Part shown: positions 43,660 to 57,400 of the stretch, piece after piece
Layout of the letters: the number at the start of each line of letters is the position of its first letter
How positions within the stretch are numbered: the stretch's first letter is position 1
DNA from: Tubiluchus corallicola
Lineage: Eukaryota; Animalia; Priapulida
Direction of reading: 5' to 3'
Length of the DNA: 64,000 bases
Assembly: GCA_030141605.1 (NCBI GenBank)
Contig: JAQGDQ010000695.1
Coordinates: forward strand, 47,208-111,207
Program-made: the position numbers and the translations under genes
The notes under the pieces: model-generated
Told to the model about the DNA's origin: nothing
The model's input: only the letters and a program-made list of their open reading frames with translations
Databases searched by the model: none

Positions 43660-44321
43660 AGTAGTTGCTTATGCAATCTTCATTTTTAAGTTGTTTTGGT
43701 TTTCTTGACTTTTGAAATTCGGTATGTTTATTATAGTTTAATTCTCAAAAAATTACAATGATGTGTGAACATTGGTTAAGCGATTTGCGAAAATGCGTCA
43801 AGAAAAATTTTTGGTGATCTAGTGCATTTCATCGGTTTAGTTTAGACTTGAGCAGTAAAGTATTGAAGAATTGCGATTTGACGTCCTTGGGAGTACCCTT
43901 AGTTGTACTTGACAATTAGTTTTGTCATTTTTTGATCACAGTTTACTAACAGTTAGGCAGTATACTTTTATAGCTAGACAGTTCGGATAAATAGAAGCAT
44001 CCATTGTCTAGAACTAAGTTGACCATCTCATGAAAGTGATTTTCTGTGACACCCTCTAGCCAGTTTGGGAGGGGGGAGATGAGTCATTCAAAGTTTGCAG
44101 AGTAGTAAGTCAGAAACTTACAAAATTTCAATATTTTGTAGTCCAAATACAATGCAAAAAACTGAACAATTATAATTTAAGAGTTTGCATTATTGATACT
44201 GAATGTATATGTTAGTTTCTAGTGCCAGTTTTCAGTGATTTTTTGGGTTTTGAGAATGTAGGACCTGGCTATTTACATGTTATCGCGTGTGTAATAAAGT
44301 CATTCTGAATCATTAACGCAG

Positions 44322-45070
44322 TTGTTGGGAGCCGAGTAACCCACTAGCCGAAGTAGGACAATTGGCGTACGTGGGCTAGCCAATGTAGGATGCGTTGTAC
44401 ATGGGCTGCCCACATAGGACACTAGAGACAGGTCGCGGAATTGAGTTGTTAAGCGTACTGGCACCGTCCGTCGTCCTCGTTTATGGAATAATAATAACTA
44501 AAAACATCAATATACGTTGAATAATTTATTATACATCTGATAAAATAAATGAATTTTATTCTGAGCTAGCATAATTTTGCCAATATTAATGTTCTTTGAT
44601 GTGAAAAAGCGCACTTAGCCGATTCCAACATTTGTTTAAGGTAAATCGTTTTTTATTTTGTCTTGCTTCACAGACAGGTGATCCTTTTCACTCCCTCTTG
44701 GACAAATAATTTATTTATAGTAAGTAAACGAGTTTGCGAGTTACATGCCCTACGTAGTTTCTCTCTTTTAAGCATTAGATACTTAGTTTAATTATATGAT
44801 GATAATTGTTAATGGACCTAATAATAATGATGATATTGTTGTAAAAAATACATTTGTAAATTGTCAAGGACTATCCATCATTATTATAAAGTTACTTTTT
44901 TCTAAAACAAATTTAGTTTCATGTTTTATTATGTCATAAATCTCGATTCTCGACAGAAATCGCTAGCGCCCTAGTTGGGCTGCCCATGACACTGCTTTTA
45001 CGCAAATAAGCACACGTGTTTTACAGGAAGTGTCCTACTTCGGCTAGTGGGTTACTCGGTGCCCTACAGC
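44322..45070. mobile_element. Non-autonomous TIR element
   Basis: Perfect 29-bp inverted repeat CCGAGTAACCCACTAGCCGAAGTAGGACA at 44332-44360 and 45031-45059. Confidence 0.7.
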
Positions 45071-45568
45071 AGTTTTAACTAAGATGAAGTCTTGCGAAAC
45101 TTGATGTACACTCATATCTCAGTCTGCCAGACCTGTTTTTACTGATATCGGAAAATTTATACAAAATCAGGACTATTAAAGGTCCCGCATTATACGGACA
45201 CAGTCCATTATTTTGCTAGTTGGCGGGCTGTCACTTTGTTTGTACATCATTACGTCAGTGTAACCAAGCAGCATGTGACGACACGTGTAGCTTGTATGTC
45301 AGGAGCGGACCGTACTAGACATTTTTGAGACAATTAAAAAAAATTTTCTGCATTACCGGGAGTCTAATACACGACACCTACTGTATCAGCTTAGCATTGG
45401 TAAATACGGACAATCAGCAAATTTGGACAGATGTCGTCCCGCTTTTGTGCTGTAAACTGAAATATGAGTGTACTGCTGCTCTTGTTACTAGCCTGCTACC
45501 TGGACCTTTTAAACGTATTAAAAGAGTGCTGCATATTGCCGACGAATCCAAACGAGCTAAACATTAAA

Positions 45569-45738
45569 AATCCCAGCTCTTTGTCAGGAAGAGCCATCTA
45601 CTGGATTTAAAAATAACTTCAATGTGCTCTTTTAAATATTAACACTTAGAAAGTGTGGTTGCTATAGATTTTATGAGAGCACATTGAAGTTATTTTTAAA
45701 TCCAGTAGATGGCTCTTCTTGACTAAGAGCTGGGATTC
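45569..45738. repeat. Fold-back palindrome with ~60-bp arms
   Basis: AATCCCAGCTCTT...ACTTCAATGTGCTCT / AGAGCACATTGAAGT...AAGAGCTGGGATT around a ~45-bp loop. Confidence 0.9.
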
Positions 45739-47300
45739 TAAGTCTTAACAGACTGTATACAGTTTTGCATCATACATTAAGTATGTTGCACCATAATAGT
45801 GGTTGTTTCTTCTCCTCTTTTCCTTCTTCCTATCCCTAATCTTACTATTTTTCCATTCCATCAAATCTTCTGACCCTGGCCATTGTTTCATTCATTCATC
45901 CTACCCTCCCTGCCTTCTTCCTATCCCTAATCTTACTATTTTTTCCATTCTATCATTTCTTCTCACCCTAACCATTCTTTCATTCACTCATTCTCCCCTC
46001 CCTTCCTTCTTGCCATCCCTAATCTTACTATTTTTTCCTTTCCATCGTGTCTACTAACCCTAATCATTCTTTCATTCACTCATTTGTGCCACCCTAACAA
46101 GCCAAGCTTTCAAGGTGTCATACAGCAACTCTTTTATTTGGTTAATTTGACTTCATCAACGTTTTTTTTACCTATACTGTTTCTTTTTTTCTCAATAATA
46201 TTGTATGTTAATGTATTGTATATGTATTGCTTGAGTGAAATAAATTGATTGATTTAATGTTTAATGTATGGATGTGCAACATGATGAGTATTATATTGTT
46301 AACTATCACAATTCATCATGGAGTTTTTTAATTTGTGTTACTTGAAAATCATCACAGACCAGCTCCAGTGTAGCTTGCATGTGGCTACCCTGTCGTTTCT
46401 AATCTGTGTAAAGCGAATGACAAGTCGCTATGCCGCATCTGCATTCCTTGTGCTGTGGTACAAGACTCGTCAACAATATTAAGTTCAAGCTTAATCATTA
46501 ATATTACTGTCTTCGTTTCAATTGTCATTAAACTAACTTTGGTTAATAAGGAAAATTTTAGTGTGGTAGTTCACTCTTGTTGCAGAAAACGCGTGTATTG
46601 ACAGCTTTTTCTTTTAACTGAACTCTTAAGGCAGCGGTTGCTGAGTGTTTTATAGCAGCGTGACAAAAAAAAACAATGGCTGACTTTAACGACGATTTTC
46701 TCAAGGTCATGTTTTTCATTGCATGACCTGCACCTCAACTTCAATGTGGATTATCTCAGCTTAAAAATAACAGAGTGATAAACTTGGTATCAAAATGATC
46801 CTCATGTAGTGAAGTGGAACGGAAGTGGTGCTGACTAGTTTTTTTTTGCTGGATTACTGCTGCGTTTACCTGTCTGAAGGCAGATTTCTTTTATTTTAGA
46901 ATTCTGCCTTCCCAAATTTCTATAATAGACGTGACGGGCGTATGATGATTATGATGAGGATGATGATTATGATGATGATGATGATGAAACATTGAACAAA
47001 AATGATGAACTGCATGACAGTTAGTTGTAAGTCTTGAAAATATGTTTATTTCCTGGACATTTTTGGCTTCCTGTCGACGTGATACTTTGCTTCCTGACAT
47101 GTCCAGGAAAATCTGAACAGGTGGTTCCCTCACCTCTTAACGAACCACAAAGTAGCGAGGGAACATTGTATGACAATATTACAGTATCTAAAAATTGGGG
47201 AAGATTATAGGTCTCGTTGATAGTCGAGATTTTTAATTTTTGACTGATAAAAATGTTTTTTTTACCATATTTAGGGTAACTACATTGTGAATAATTAGCC

Positions 47301-48101
47301 ATGTATAGATTACCAAGCGTCTTGCGGTCGAGTTTAGCCCGGCGAGTAGCTCCGACTTTATCAAGATCGTATGCAAAAGATCTCAAATTTGGTGCTGATG
47401 CTAGAGCATTAATGTTGCAAGGAGTGGACATGTTAGCCGATGCCGTTGCCGTTACCATGGGCCCGAAGGTACTATGTTTTAGTCGTTTTGCTTAAGACGG
47501 TTAACCGTTTAAACGTTTAGCCGATTGCTGATTTGTGCAGCCGTTTAGAAAATCACTAACCGTTCGGCCGTTACTTAGCCAAGATTTCTACGTATCCGTA
47601 TTAATGAAACCTTGTATCTTTTCTGAGATGGCGTACGCAGTTAGCAATGTCCAGCTTACGTAAAATTCTACTATTTACAACATTGTTTCAATTAATCTGA
47701 TTGCCTAAGAAGCATCTAAATGGTAAATTGCAAAAAGTTTTTCACTCACGTATGTTACGAGGATGCTCCCACGTTGGACATTCCCTCTGGCGCATGCTAG
47801 ATTTGAACCGCACCACTTACTCTTGTAAGGAATGAACGAACTATTAATTTATTGATTTCACAGTGGTCAGCACAGAAGATATGCCGCATTGCCAGGTAAA
47901 AGCATGTCACAAACTGTTATGTAAACGAAATTTTTACTTTATTTGAACTGATTTAGTAAAGATTTTTCAGTGGTTTTTGACATCTAGGAGAAAGGAAACA
48001 GTAAATTAGATTGTTATTATTATTATTATTATTATTATCATTGTTATTATTACTATTATTATTATTATTATTGTTATTATTGCTATTATTATTATTATTG
48101 C

Positions 48102-48132
<31 letters not shown>

Positions 48133-48161
48133 GCTATTATTATTATTATTATTATTATTGC

Positions 48162-48207
<46 letters not shown>

Positions 48208-48311
48208 GCTATTATTATTATTATTATTATTATTGCTACTATTATTATTATTATTATTGTTATTATTACTATTATTATTATTATTGCTATTATTATTATT
48301 ATTATTATTGC

Positions 48312-48342
<31 letters not shown>

Positions 48343-48344
48343 GC

Positions 48345-48388
<44 letters not shown>

Positions 48389-48389
48389 C

Positions 48390-48432
<43 letters not shown>

Positions 48433-51400
48433 TCGGAAAAATGCTATTGAAAATTAGCCGAAATTTCATCTGCAAAACTTAATAAATTCACGGAAATCGA
48501 AACTTAACCGAAAGTGCAATTATCGGCAACCGAAAATTTCGTTTTGGTAACAACCCCGGCTGCTGCGTGGCTAAACTAAATAAAGTATTTTCAGCTTACG
48601 TGAAGTTTTGTGCGTTGAACAGATATTTATTAAGAAGCGTGTTTCTTACAATCTTGTAGGGCCGTAACGTGATACTAGAGCAAAGCTGGGGTAGTCCGAA
48701 GATCACGAAAGATGGCGTCACGGTGGCAAAAGCTATAGACTTGAAGGACAAGTGGCACAACGTTGGCGCTAAACTCGTACAGGACGTAGCGAATAACACG
48801 AACGAAGAAGCGGGCGATGGGACAACGGCCGCCACCGTGTTGGCGAGAGCCATAGCTAAAGAAGGATTTGAAAAGATCAGCAAAGGAGCAAATCCGATTG
48901 AAATTAGAAAAGGTAATTATTCTTGCCCGGTATAATTTGCATAAGCATCTTTTAACAGTTTTTCTGCTTTTCAATGGATTGATAGTTTAAGGATGAAATG
49001 ATTTTACTTTTGAAAATGTGAGATTATTTTTTTTATGAACTATGAACTATGAATTTGATTTCACACATCAAAATACAATATCGAACACATTAATAAACTT
49101 TAAATAAAATAATTTGAGTAGTGCGAGGTGAGTGTATGACCATGCGGTCATTAACACACTCGCCTTACATAAATGAAAAAATGATTATAGTTATGCATGC
49201 TTCTGTAGATAACTTAATGTAAATAAGGATGAAGTAAATGATGTAATAATTTGAGTAGTGCGAGGTGAGTGTACGACCATACGGTCATTAATACACTCGC
49301 CTTACTTAAATGAAAAAATGATTATAGTTATGCATGCTTCTGTAGATAACTTAATGTAAATAAGGATGAAGTAAATGATGTAATAATTTGAGTAGTGCGA
49401 GGTGAGTGTACGACCATACGGTCATTAACACACTCGCCTTACTTAAATGAAAAAATGATTATAGTTATGCATGCTTCTGTAGATAACTTAATGTAAATAA
49501 GGATGAAGTAAATGATGTAATAATTTGAGTAGTGCGAGGTGAGTGTATGACCACACGGTCATTAACACACTCGCCTTACTTAAATGAAAAAATGATTATA
49601 ATTATGCATGCTTCTGTAGATAACTTAATATAAATAAGGATAAATTAAGCGATGTAATAATAGCAATGGTATAAGAGCAATAAACCTGAAAGTTTAGAAA
49701 GGAAAACATAATATGTAATTACGACTTTGAGTGAGCCTTAAGGAGTGAAATTTTTTTTAAATAGTTACAAATATGAATTATTTAGATTTTTGTATGTTTA
49801 AATTAAGATTTAGGTTTCGTAGCAAGTGACTGTATGAAAGCGAATGTTGAGGTTTTGAGCAAGGAATGTGCATTTTAAGACTATGAGAATTGTACAGCAA
49901 AGCTTCAGTACTGAACTGATGTGTATTTAACGACGGTAAAAGCTGTCTGACTCAAGGTCAAGTTACGTGGGGCGGTTCTTTATAGTCCTAATCTAGTAAT
50001 GTTATGTTGGGAGCATGGGTGTGCCCTGGAGAGGCCACTCCAGTTTAATCCGGTTCAGGGACCGGATTGCTCAGCCACAGTCGATGCTGCATCTCCATCA
50101 ATGTGATCAATAACTGACTCTCTTGGCGCACACTCCATTGTCTTCCGAGACAGAAGGATGCCAACAATTTATCTAGTAGTGCCATGTTGGGAGCGTGGGT
50201 GGACCACATGGGTGCATATTCCTCTTATCAAGAGACAGCAGCATGTCACAAGATTGCTACTCCACATTGTGTTTGCTTAAAGTTTTGTAACGTACCACCG
50301 TAAAACTACACCTGCATTCATTTTGTTAATGCAACAAAAATGTCGAGTATTGTTATAGACATAATAATATTATGTTATTTATAACGTATTAAAATTGACT
50401 AGGAAACAAAATAGAGGTTACGGACTGGAATGGCTTTGATATTTAATGAAGTATAACCCGGTATAGCGCCATATTTAGTGGTGTCCCAGACCTGGCGTGT
50501 TTTAACGAGGTTTCACTGTAATTATGAATACAGTGTTCCGTCGCTACTTCGTGGTTCGTTTATCGCGGACTCGCTGTTTCACGGGTTTTCAAAAATATTA
50601 ATGTAAAATATTTATCGCGGTATTTTCGCTGTTTCGCGGTTTTTTGCGGTACTCCGTCTAAAGTATTTTCGCACATGCGTAGTACGTATTATACAGTAAT
50701 GTATAGATTTGATGAATTTTGCATAAAAAGTCACAAAATGTATAAAAATATATAAAAAAAATTAGTTCTAACATTAAAAGAATGTTATAAATCATAAAAA
50801 ATTACCATTTACAGTAAATAGTGTATTTATTCGGCGGATGAATACACACCAAAAACGAAATGTAGTACTTGCGCCCGCTTGAGATGCTACTTGCCGACGT
50901 GAGATTGTACACAACACACGATTGGTTGATTGTGAACATTTTTATGAATATTTAAGTAAAGGTTTTTAAAAGGTACATGTACAGTACGGGAAAAGTTATT
51001 AAGGGAATGGGAAAGGGTTATGTATAAGAGTGTGGGGAGGGTTTATAAAGACTTAAAATAATGTATAACTACTAAAATAAGTATAGCGTCCCTACTTCGC
51101 GGAAATTCACTTATCCCGCGTGGGCCTGGAACGGACTGATCCCCGATAAGTGAGGAACTGTAGACACGAAATATGTGAACTGTGACAAATATTTATTTGT
51201 GTGAGTTGCTTTGCCTGTACGTAACTGGGAAAATGCCTCTAAAAATACCACACTTGGCACTCGTGTGTCGTTAAACCGGCTGAAGATAGCCGCTATTGCA
51301 GAAGCAAAGTAAAAGATAATTATTCAAACAACCTTATAAATAAATCTTTCTTCAAATTTTTGTGTAATTCTAGTGCATAAATGAAAAAGAAAAGACGAGA

Positions 51401-54400
51401 GCAAAGATGAGCAATATGTAGTGATACGCGCCAAATTTGATACGATAACGATATTCTTAGAACAATATCAACACGATAGCGATAAAAACTTATTTTTCGT
51501 ATCGATACTATAAACCAGGGGTGTGCAAATTGCGGCACGTGGGCCACTTGCAGCCCGCCGAGAGAATTTGTGCGGCCTGCGAAGAGATTTGTCAACCTAA
51601 TGAAAGTGCGGCCCGGGCGAGACTGAGTGTATCCAGCTGAAGTCCGTGCCACGATCCCAAAGATAGTGCGGGTAGTTTTTTCTACTAGATCGGATACCAT
51701 TAACCCTTACAAGATGGTTGTAGCTTAATGTCACTGTACTACACAGACTGTGTGATACACATTACTAATATGCATTGTAATGAAATTACCACTATCTGTC
51801 CTGAAAGTAGAAATATATGGTTTGTAATATAAATTTTAATAACTTCTAAAATAGTTTCTTGAGTGCAGTAGTAATGATGTACGCAGGTCGGATGCAAAAA
51901 AATCGTTATTAGGCCTTTCTGTACTTGACTCCTTGATCAAACTGCCTGTGGCCCGCAGGAATTGTAAGAAAGTTTTATGTGGCCCGGCTAGTCAGATAAT
52001 TTGCACTCTCCTGGTCTAAATCATGCTGTTGGGTTTATAATGAAGAACGTTTAAAAACTAATAACAACCATTCCCTATAGATGGAGCTAGATTAGCAGGA
52101 ATTGTAAGAAAGTTTAATGTGGCCCGGCTAGTCGGATAATTTGCACACCCCTGATATAAACGATAATCATTGATACGTATCGTTATCGTTAACATCGCTA
52201 GCCTGTTAATTTATTTGTACTAATGATTTTATACGATAAGTGACGGAACGCTGTAGTAGCTTAACTCTGTTTCCACAACGACGTTTTGCAATAAAAGTGA
52301 TGATTTTTGATCAGTTGCGTCGAATTTGCTTTTCTAGGTGTAATGACGGCTGTTGAGAGGGTTGTGCAGGCGTTGAAGGACATGTCGAAACAAGTCACCA
52401 CTCCGGAAGAAATCGCACAAGTCGCCACGATTTCCGCAAACGGCGACGAGACGATCGGAGAGCTCATATCGGATTCGATGAAGAAGGTCGGACGGGACGG
52501 AGTGATAACAGTGAAGGTGAGTGATCACCGCGGAGGTGAGTGATCACCGGGAAGGTGAGTGATCAGTGATCACCGTGAAGGTGAGTGATGATCACCGTGA
52601 AGGTGAGTGATGATCACCGTGAAGGTGAGTGATCACCGTGAAGGTGAGTGATGATCACCATGAAGGTGAGTGATCACTGTGAAGGTGAGTGATGATCACC
52701 GTGGAGGTGAGTGATCACCGCGGAGGTGAGTGATTACCGTGAAAGTGAGTGATCACCGTGAAGGCGAGTGAGGCCATCAGAGAGTAGGAATAGACTGATT
52801 GTTGCATAGTACTGAAGGCAAATTTCAGGAAAATGGCTTCATGCTAGGGCTGAGACGATCTGTGGAAGTTGGTATTTGTACACTGTAGTAAGGTGCTGCC
52901 ATCTATGTGCTAATCTTGTAACATTCTACTAACTGACTTACCCTCAGTATAATTGTGTGGTCCAGTGACTATATACACACTGGTCCTCTCCCTATTTTAA
53001 ACTAATGATTTGTTGTGAAGCCTGTGCAAGTCTGCAAAGGTCAAGGTCAGTACCTGAACACTGACTGTTAAACAGGTTCTACTGACTTGTTTTGATTCTA
53101 GTTTTGTTCAATGTTCAGCGCAGCAGTTTTGCTACTCATGTTTTCTGTAGTTTAATGAACACTTTTCTGTTGTGTGAAATGCAAAGATTTATTATAGCTG
53201 CTTGGTTCTTATCCAAAGTTTTCTGTGTGCATGTCTAAACTGGAGCATGTCAAAGCGACTTTGACAACCGCTAACTGGTGTATCTGTTTAGATAATTACT
53301 AACCGTTTAGCCGTTACTTAGCCAAGATTTCTACGTATCCGTATTAACGAAACCTTGTATCTTTTCTGAGATGGCGTACGCAGTTAGCAATGTCCCGCTT
53401 ACATAAGATTGTACTATTTACAATATTGTTTCAATTAATCTGATTGCCTAAGAAGCATCTAAATGGTAAATTGCAGATAGTTTTTCACTCGCGTATGTTA
53501 CGAGGATGCCGCCATGTTGGACATTCTCGCTGGCGCATGCTAGATTTGAACCGCACTGTTTACTCGTGCAAGTCGCGTGTATTCGATATTTTCTCATATG
53601 TATGACGTCATCGAGAACGGTGAACCAGCCGCAATTAATAACGGTTAAAAGGTTAGTTAAAAAGGCTTACATCCGTCTCAACTCCGCTTCACACTTTAGT
53701 AGGACAACCGAAGCCTTCGTGTGCTACGACCTGTAATTAATATGATAACTGAAGCCTTCGTATGCTACGACCTGTAATTAATTTTTGAATAATCATTAAT
53801 TTTATACAATTAGCCGAAACTTCAGTTTTTTCTGGGTTTTCAACATACAGTCGACCCTCGTTAAACCGGACCCCGTTAGCCCGGATATCGGATAAGACGG
53901 ACGTCATCCGTGGTAAAGGAAACTAACCGATTTCCGACCGAGCCGGAGCGCTAAACACAACACGGCCTACCAACTGTACAATAATTTCTTTATCCTCACA
54001 GGTTAACTTTTAAAGTCATATACAGTATAGTATATAGTGCAATGTATATAGGCCTTTATACATTGATATATATGTAAGGTGATTATTCTTGTATAATATA
54101 GACCATATATAGGCATATCGGATAAATCGGACAATCGGCTAAACCGGACCCCCCCCCCCCCCCAATTAGTCCGGTTTAATGAGGGTTGACTGTATTTGGT
54201 ATGCCAGCAAATTGTTTAGCATTTGCGATGAGAATTTTCTTTATTCTCGTTGAAATTTTTCTCTTTCTCTTAGGATGGTAAAAAGTTGCACGATGAACTA
54301 GAAGTAATTGAAGGGATGAAGTTTGACCGAGGATATGTTTCCCCGTACTTTATCAATACAACTAAGGGTGAGTAAACTGACTAAACAGACGTTTTTTCCA

Positions 54401-57400
54401 CGATTGAAGGCCTCAAAAAGTTTGTTTTATTGTTGGCATCCTTCTGTCTCTAAAGACAATGGAATGTGCGCCGAGAGAGTCATTGATCACATTGATGGAG
54501 CTGCAGCGTCGACTGTGGCTGAGCAGTGCGATCCTTGAACGTCTCCAGGGCGCACGCCTGGGCAAGGGTGTATGGAGATCCTGAGTTGCCCAGACAACAG
54601 GAACCCCCTCTCTTCCGCCTGGTGTAGTCCAAAGGAAAGCGGAGCGATACGTTTGGCACCAGGTTGGCTGCAGGAGCTGCTGGAATCAGTGAGCATGCTG
54701 CACTGGTCCGCCTTCGGGGTTCCATTCCTGCTTTGGAAGGTTTACTCCTCTACACATGGCCATTGGATCACTTGACCTCCGCCCTCTAGCTGTTGGCTGC
54801 TTGTGCAGCTCCTCCGCCTGGTGTCGCGATGCAGCGTGGGCATCCCGCAAGCCTACAGCACCTGGTATTCCTAGGCGGTCACCCATCCAAGCACTAACCA
54901 GGTTCAAAAAGTTTAAAATCGAAGAAAATGCATTGGTTTTTGGCCCAGTGTAAGCCCCGAATCCACTGGCGCAGCTTCCAGTGCCCTCCCCGACCTCCTA
55001 ACCATTTCTTTCTCTGCTTGACATGAGACCCCCTTACCTAAACAAATACATTTTAAACACAGATTATCATCAGACATAATGCCACTTTGAAAATCGCTTA
55101 AATTTGCATCGGCTGCGAGGTAATAACGTCAGTCGTTTCAGCCTGATTATCGGATTGTTCCAGGCGCAAAGGTAGAATTTCAAGATGCGTTGATTCTGCT
55201 CAGCGAAAAGAAGTTATCGTCAGTGCAGCAGATCGTGCCCGGTCTTGAGGTTGCTAACCAGGCGAGGAAACCTTTGGTAATCGTTGCAGAGGATGTGGAC
55301 GGAGAAGCGCTAAGCACTCTTGTACTAAACAGGTATCACTGTTTGTTGTTTACTTTGTAGTCTCATTTTGTTTACTTTGTTGTCTAATTTTGTTTACCGT
55401 TCGTTGTTTACTTTGTTGTCTAATTTTGTTTACCGTTTGTTGTTTACTTTGCTGTCTAATTTTGTTTACTTTGTTGTCTAATTTTGTTTACCGTTTGTTG
55501 TTTACTTTGTAGTCTAATTTTGTTTACTTTGTAGTCTCATTTTGTTTACTTTGTAGTCTAATTTTGTTTACTTTGTAGTCTCATTTTGTTTACTTTGTTG
55601 TCTAATTTTGTTTACCATTTGTTGTTTACTTTGTTGTCTAATTTTGTTTACTTTGTTGTCTAATGTTGTTTACTTTGTAGTCTAATTTTGTTTACTTTGT
55701 AGTCTCATTTTGTTTACTTTGTAGTCTAATTTTGTTTACTTTGTAGTCTCATTTTGTTTACTTTTTGTTGTCTAATTTTGTTTACTTTGTAGTCTAATTT
55801 TGTTTACTTTGTAGTCTCATTTTGTTTACTTTTTGTTGTCTAATTTTGTTTACTTTTTGTTGTCTAATTTTGTTTACTTTGTAGTCTAATTTTGTTTACT
55901 TTGTAGTCTAATTTTGTTTACTTTGTAGTCTCATTTTGTTTACTTTTTGTTGTCTAATTTGGTTTACTCTGTTGTCTAATTTTGTTTACTTTGTAGTCTC
56001 ATTTTGTTTACTTTGTAGTCTAATTTTGTTTACTTTGTAGTCTCATTTTGTTTACTTTTTGTTGTCTAATTTTGTTTACTTTGTAGTCTAATTTTGTTTA
56101 CTTTGTAGTCTCATTTTGTTTACTTTGTAGTCTAATTTTGTTTACTTTGTAGTCTCATTTTGTTTACTTTTTGTTGTCTAATTTTGTTTACCATTTGTTG
56201 TTTACTTTGTAGTCTAATTTTGTTTACTTTGTTGTCTAATTTTGTTTACCATTTGTTGTTTACTGTGTAGTCTAATTTTGTTTACTTTGTTGTCTAATTT
56301 TGTTTACCATTTGTTGTTTACTGTGTAGTCTAATTTTGTTTACTTTGTTGTCTAATTTTGTTTACCATTTGTTGTTTACTTTGTAGTCTAATTTTGTTTA
56401 CTTTGTAGTCTCATTTTGTTTACTTTTTGTTGTCTAATTTGGTTTACTCTGTTGTCTAATTTTGTTTACTTTGTAGTCTCATTTTGTTTACTTTGTAGTC
56501 TAATTTTGTTTACTTTGTAGTCTCATTTTGTTTACTTTTTGTTGTCTAATTTTGTTTACTTTGTAGTCTAATTTTGTTTACTTTGTAGTCTCATTTTGTT
56601 TACTTTGTAGTCTAATTTTGTTTACTTTGTAGTCTCATTTTGTTTACTTTTTGTTGTCTAATTTTGTTTACCATTTGTTGTTTACTTTGTAGTCTAATTT
56701 TGTTTACTTTGTTGTCTAATTTTGTTTACCATTTGTTGTTTACTTTGTAGTCTAATTTTGTTTACTTTGTTGTCCAATTTTGTTTACTTTGTTGTCTAAT
56801 TTTGTTTACCGTTGTCTAATTTTGTTTACCGTTGTCTAATTTTGTTTACCGTTGTCTAATTTTGTTTACTTTGTAGTCTAATTTTGTTTACTTTGTTGTC
56901 TAATTTTGTTTACTTTGTGTCTAATTTTGTTTACTTTGTTGTCTAATTTTGTTTACTTTGTTGTCTAATTTTGTTTACTTTGTTGTCTAATTTTGTTTAC
57001 CGTTGTAAAGATAGCATGTTTTTCCTCGGGTATTAATATAAGCTCAACTTTCCAAGCGTCATGGCCGTTCCTTTAACGTAGAAGAAATTAACGTCGTTCG
57101 TTTTGGCTTTTTCTCATTTCAGATTAAAAGTCGGACTTCAGGTGTGCGCGGTCAAGGCACCGGGGTTCGGAGACAATCGGAAAAGCACGTTACACGACAT
57201 GGCGGTTGCAACGGGTGGCTTGGTAAGCAAGAGAGTTCATTAGTGTATCTATTGCAAAAATACTCATAAGTCATTTATTTCACCTTACACATTTACAATA
57301 GTTTCATGTACAATATCTAGTGAAAGGACCTACAATGAACGTAATACAAATAAGAAATACTGCACAGGAAAAGCCTCATACAGTGTTCACCTATACACGA

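Noticed and set aside
50180-50315. Possible H/ACA snoRNAs in HSP60/HSP10 introns (also ~40690-40790 minus, ~60185-60315)
   Set aside because: ANANNA/ACA-like boxes and weak hairpins are visible, but no convincing two-hairpin fold or rRNA target was identified by eye; this needs snoReport/Infernal.
24136-52528. Antisense ORFs overlapping CS, HSP60 and IR exons (e.g. 8255-8515, 24136-24402, 26700-26969, 48596-48883, 52261-52467)
   Set aside because: Shadow frames of real coding exons; they have no recognisable domains and end near the exon limits.
54849-54902. Functional 5S rRNA gene
   Set aside because: Only the 3' half is present, with no box A and no oligo-T terminator; it runs directly into a dispersed repeat body.
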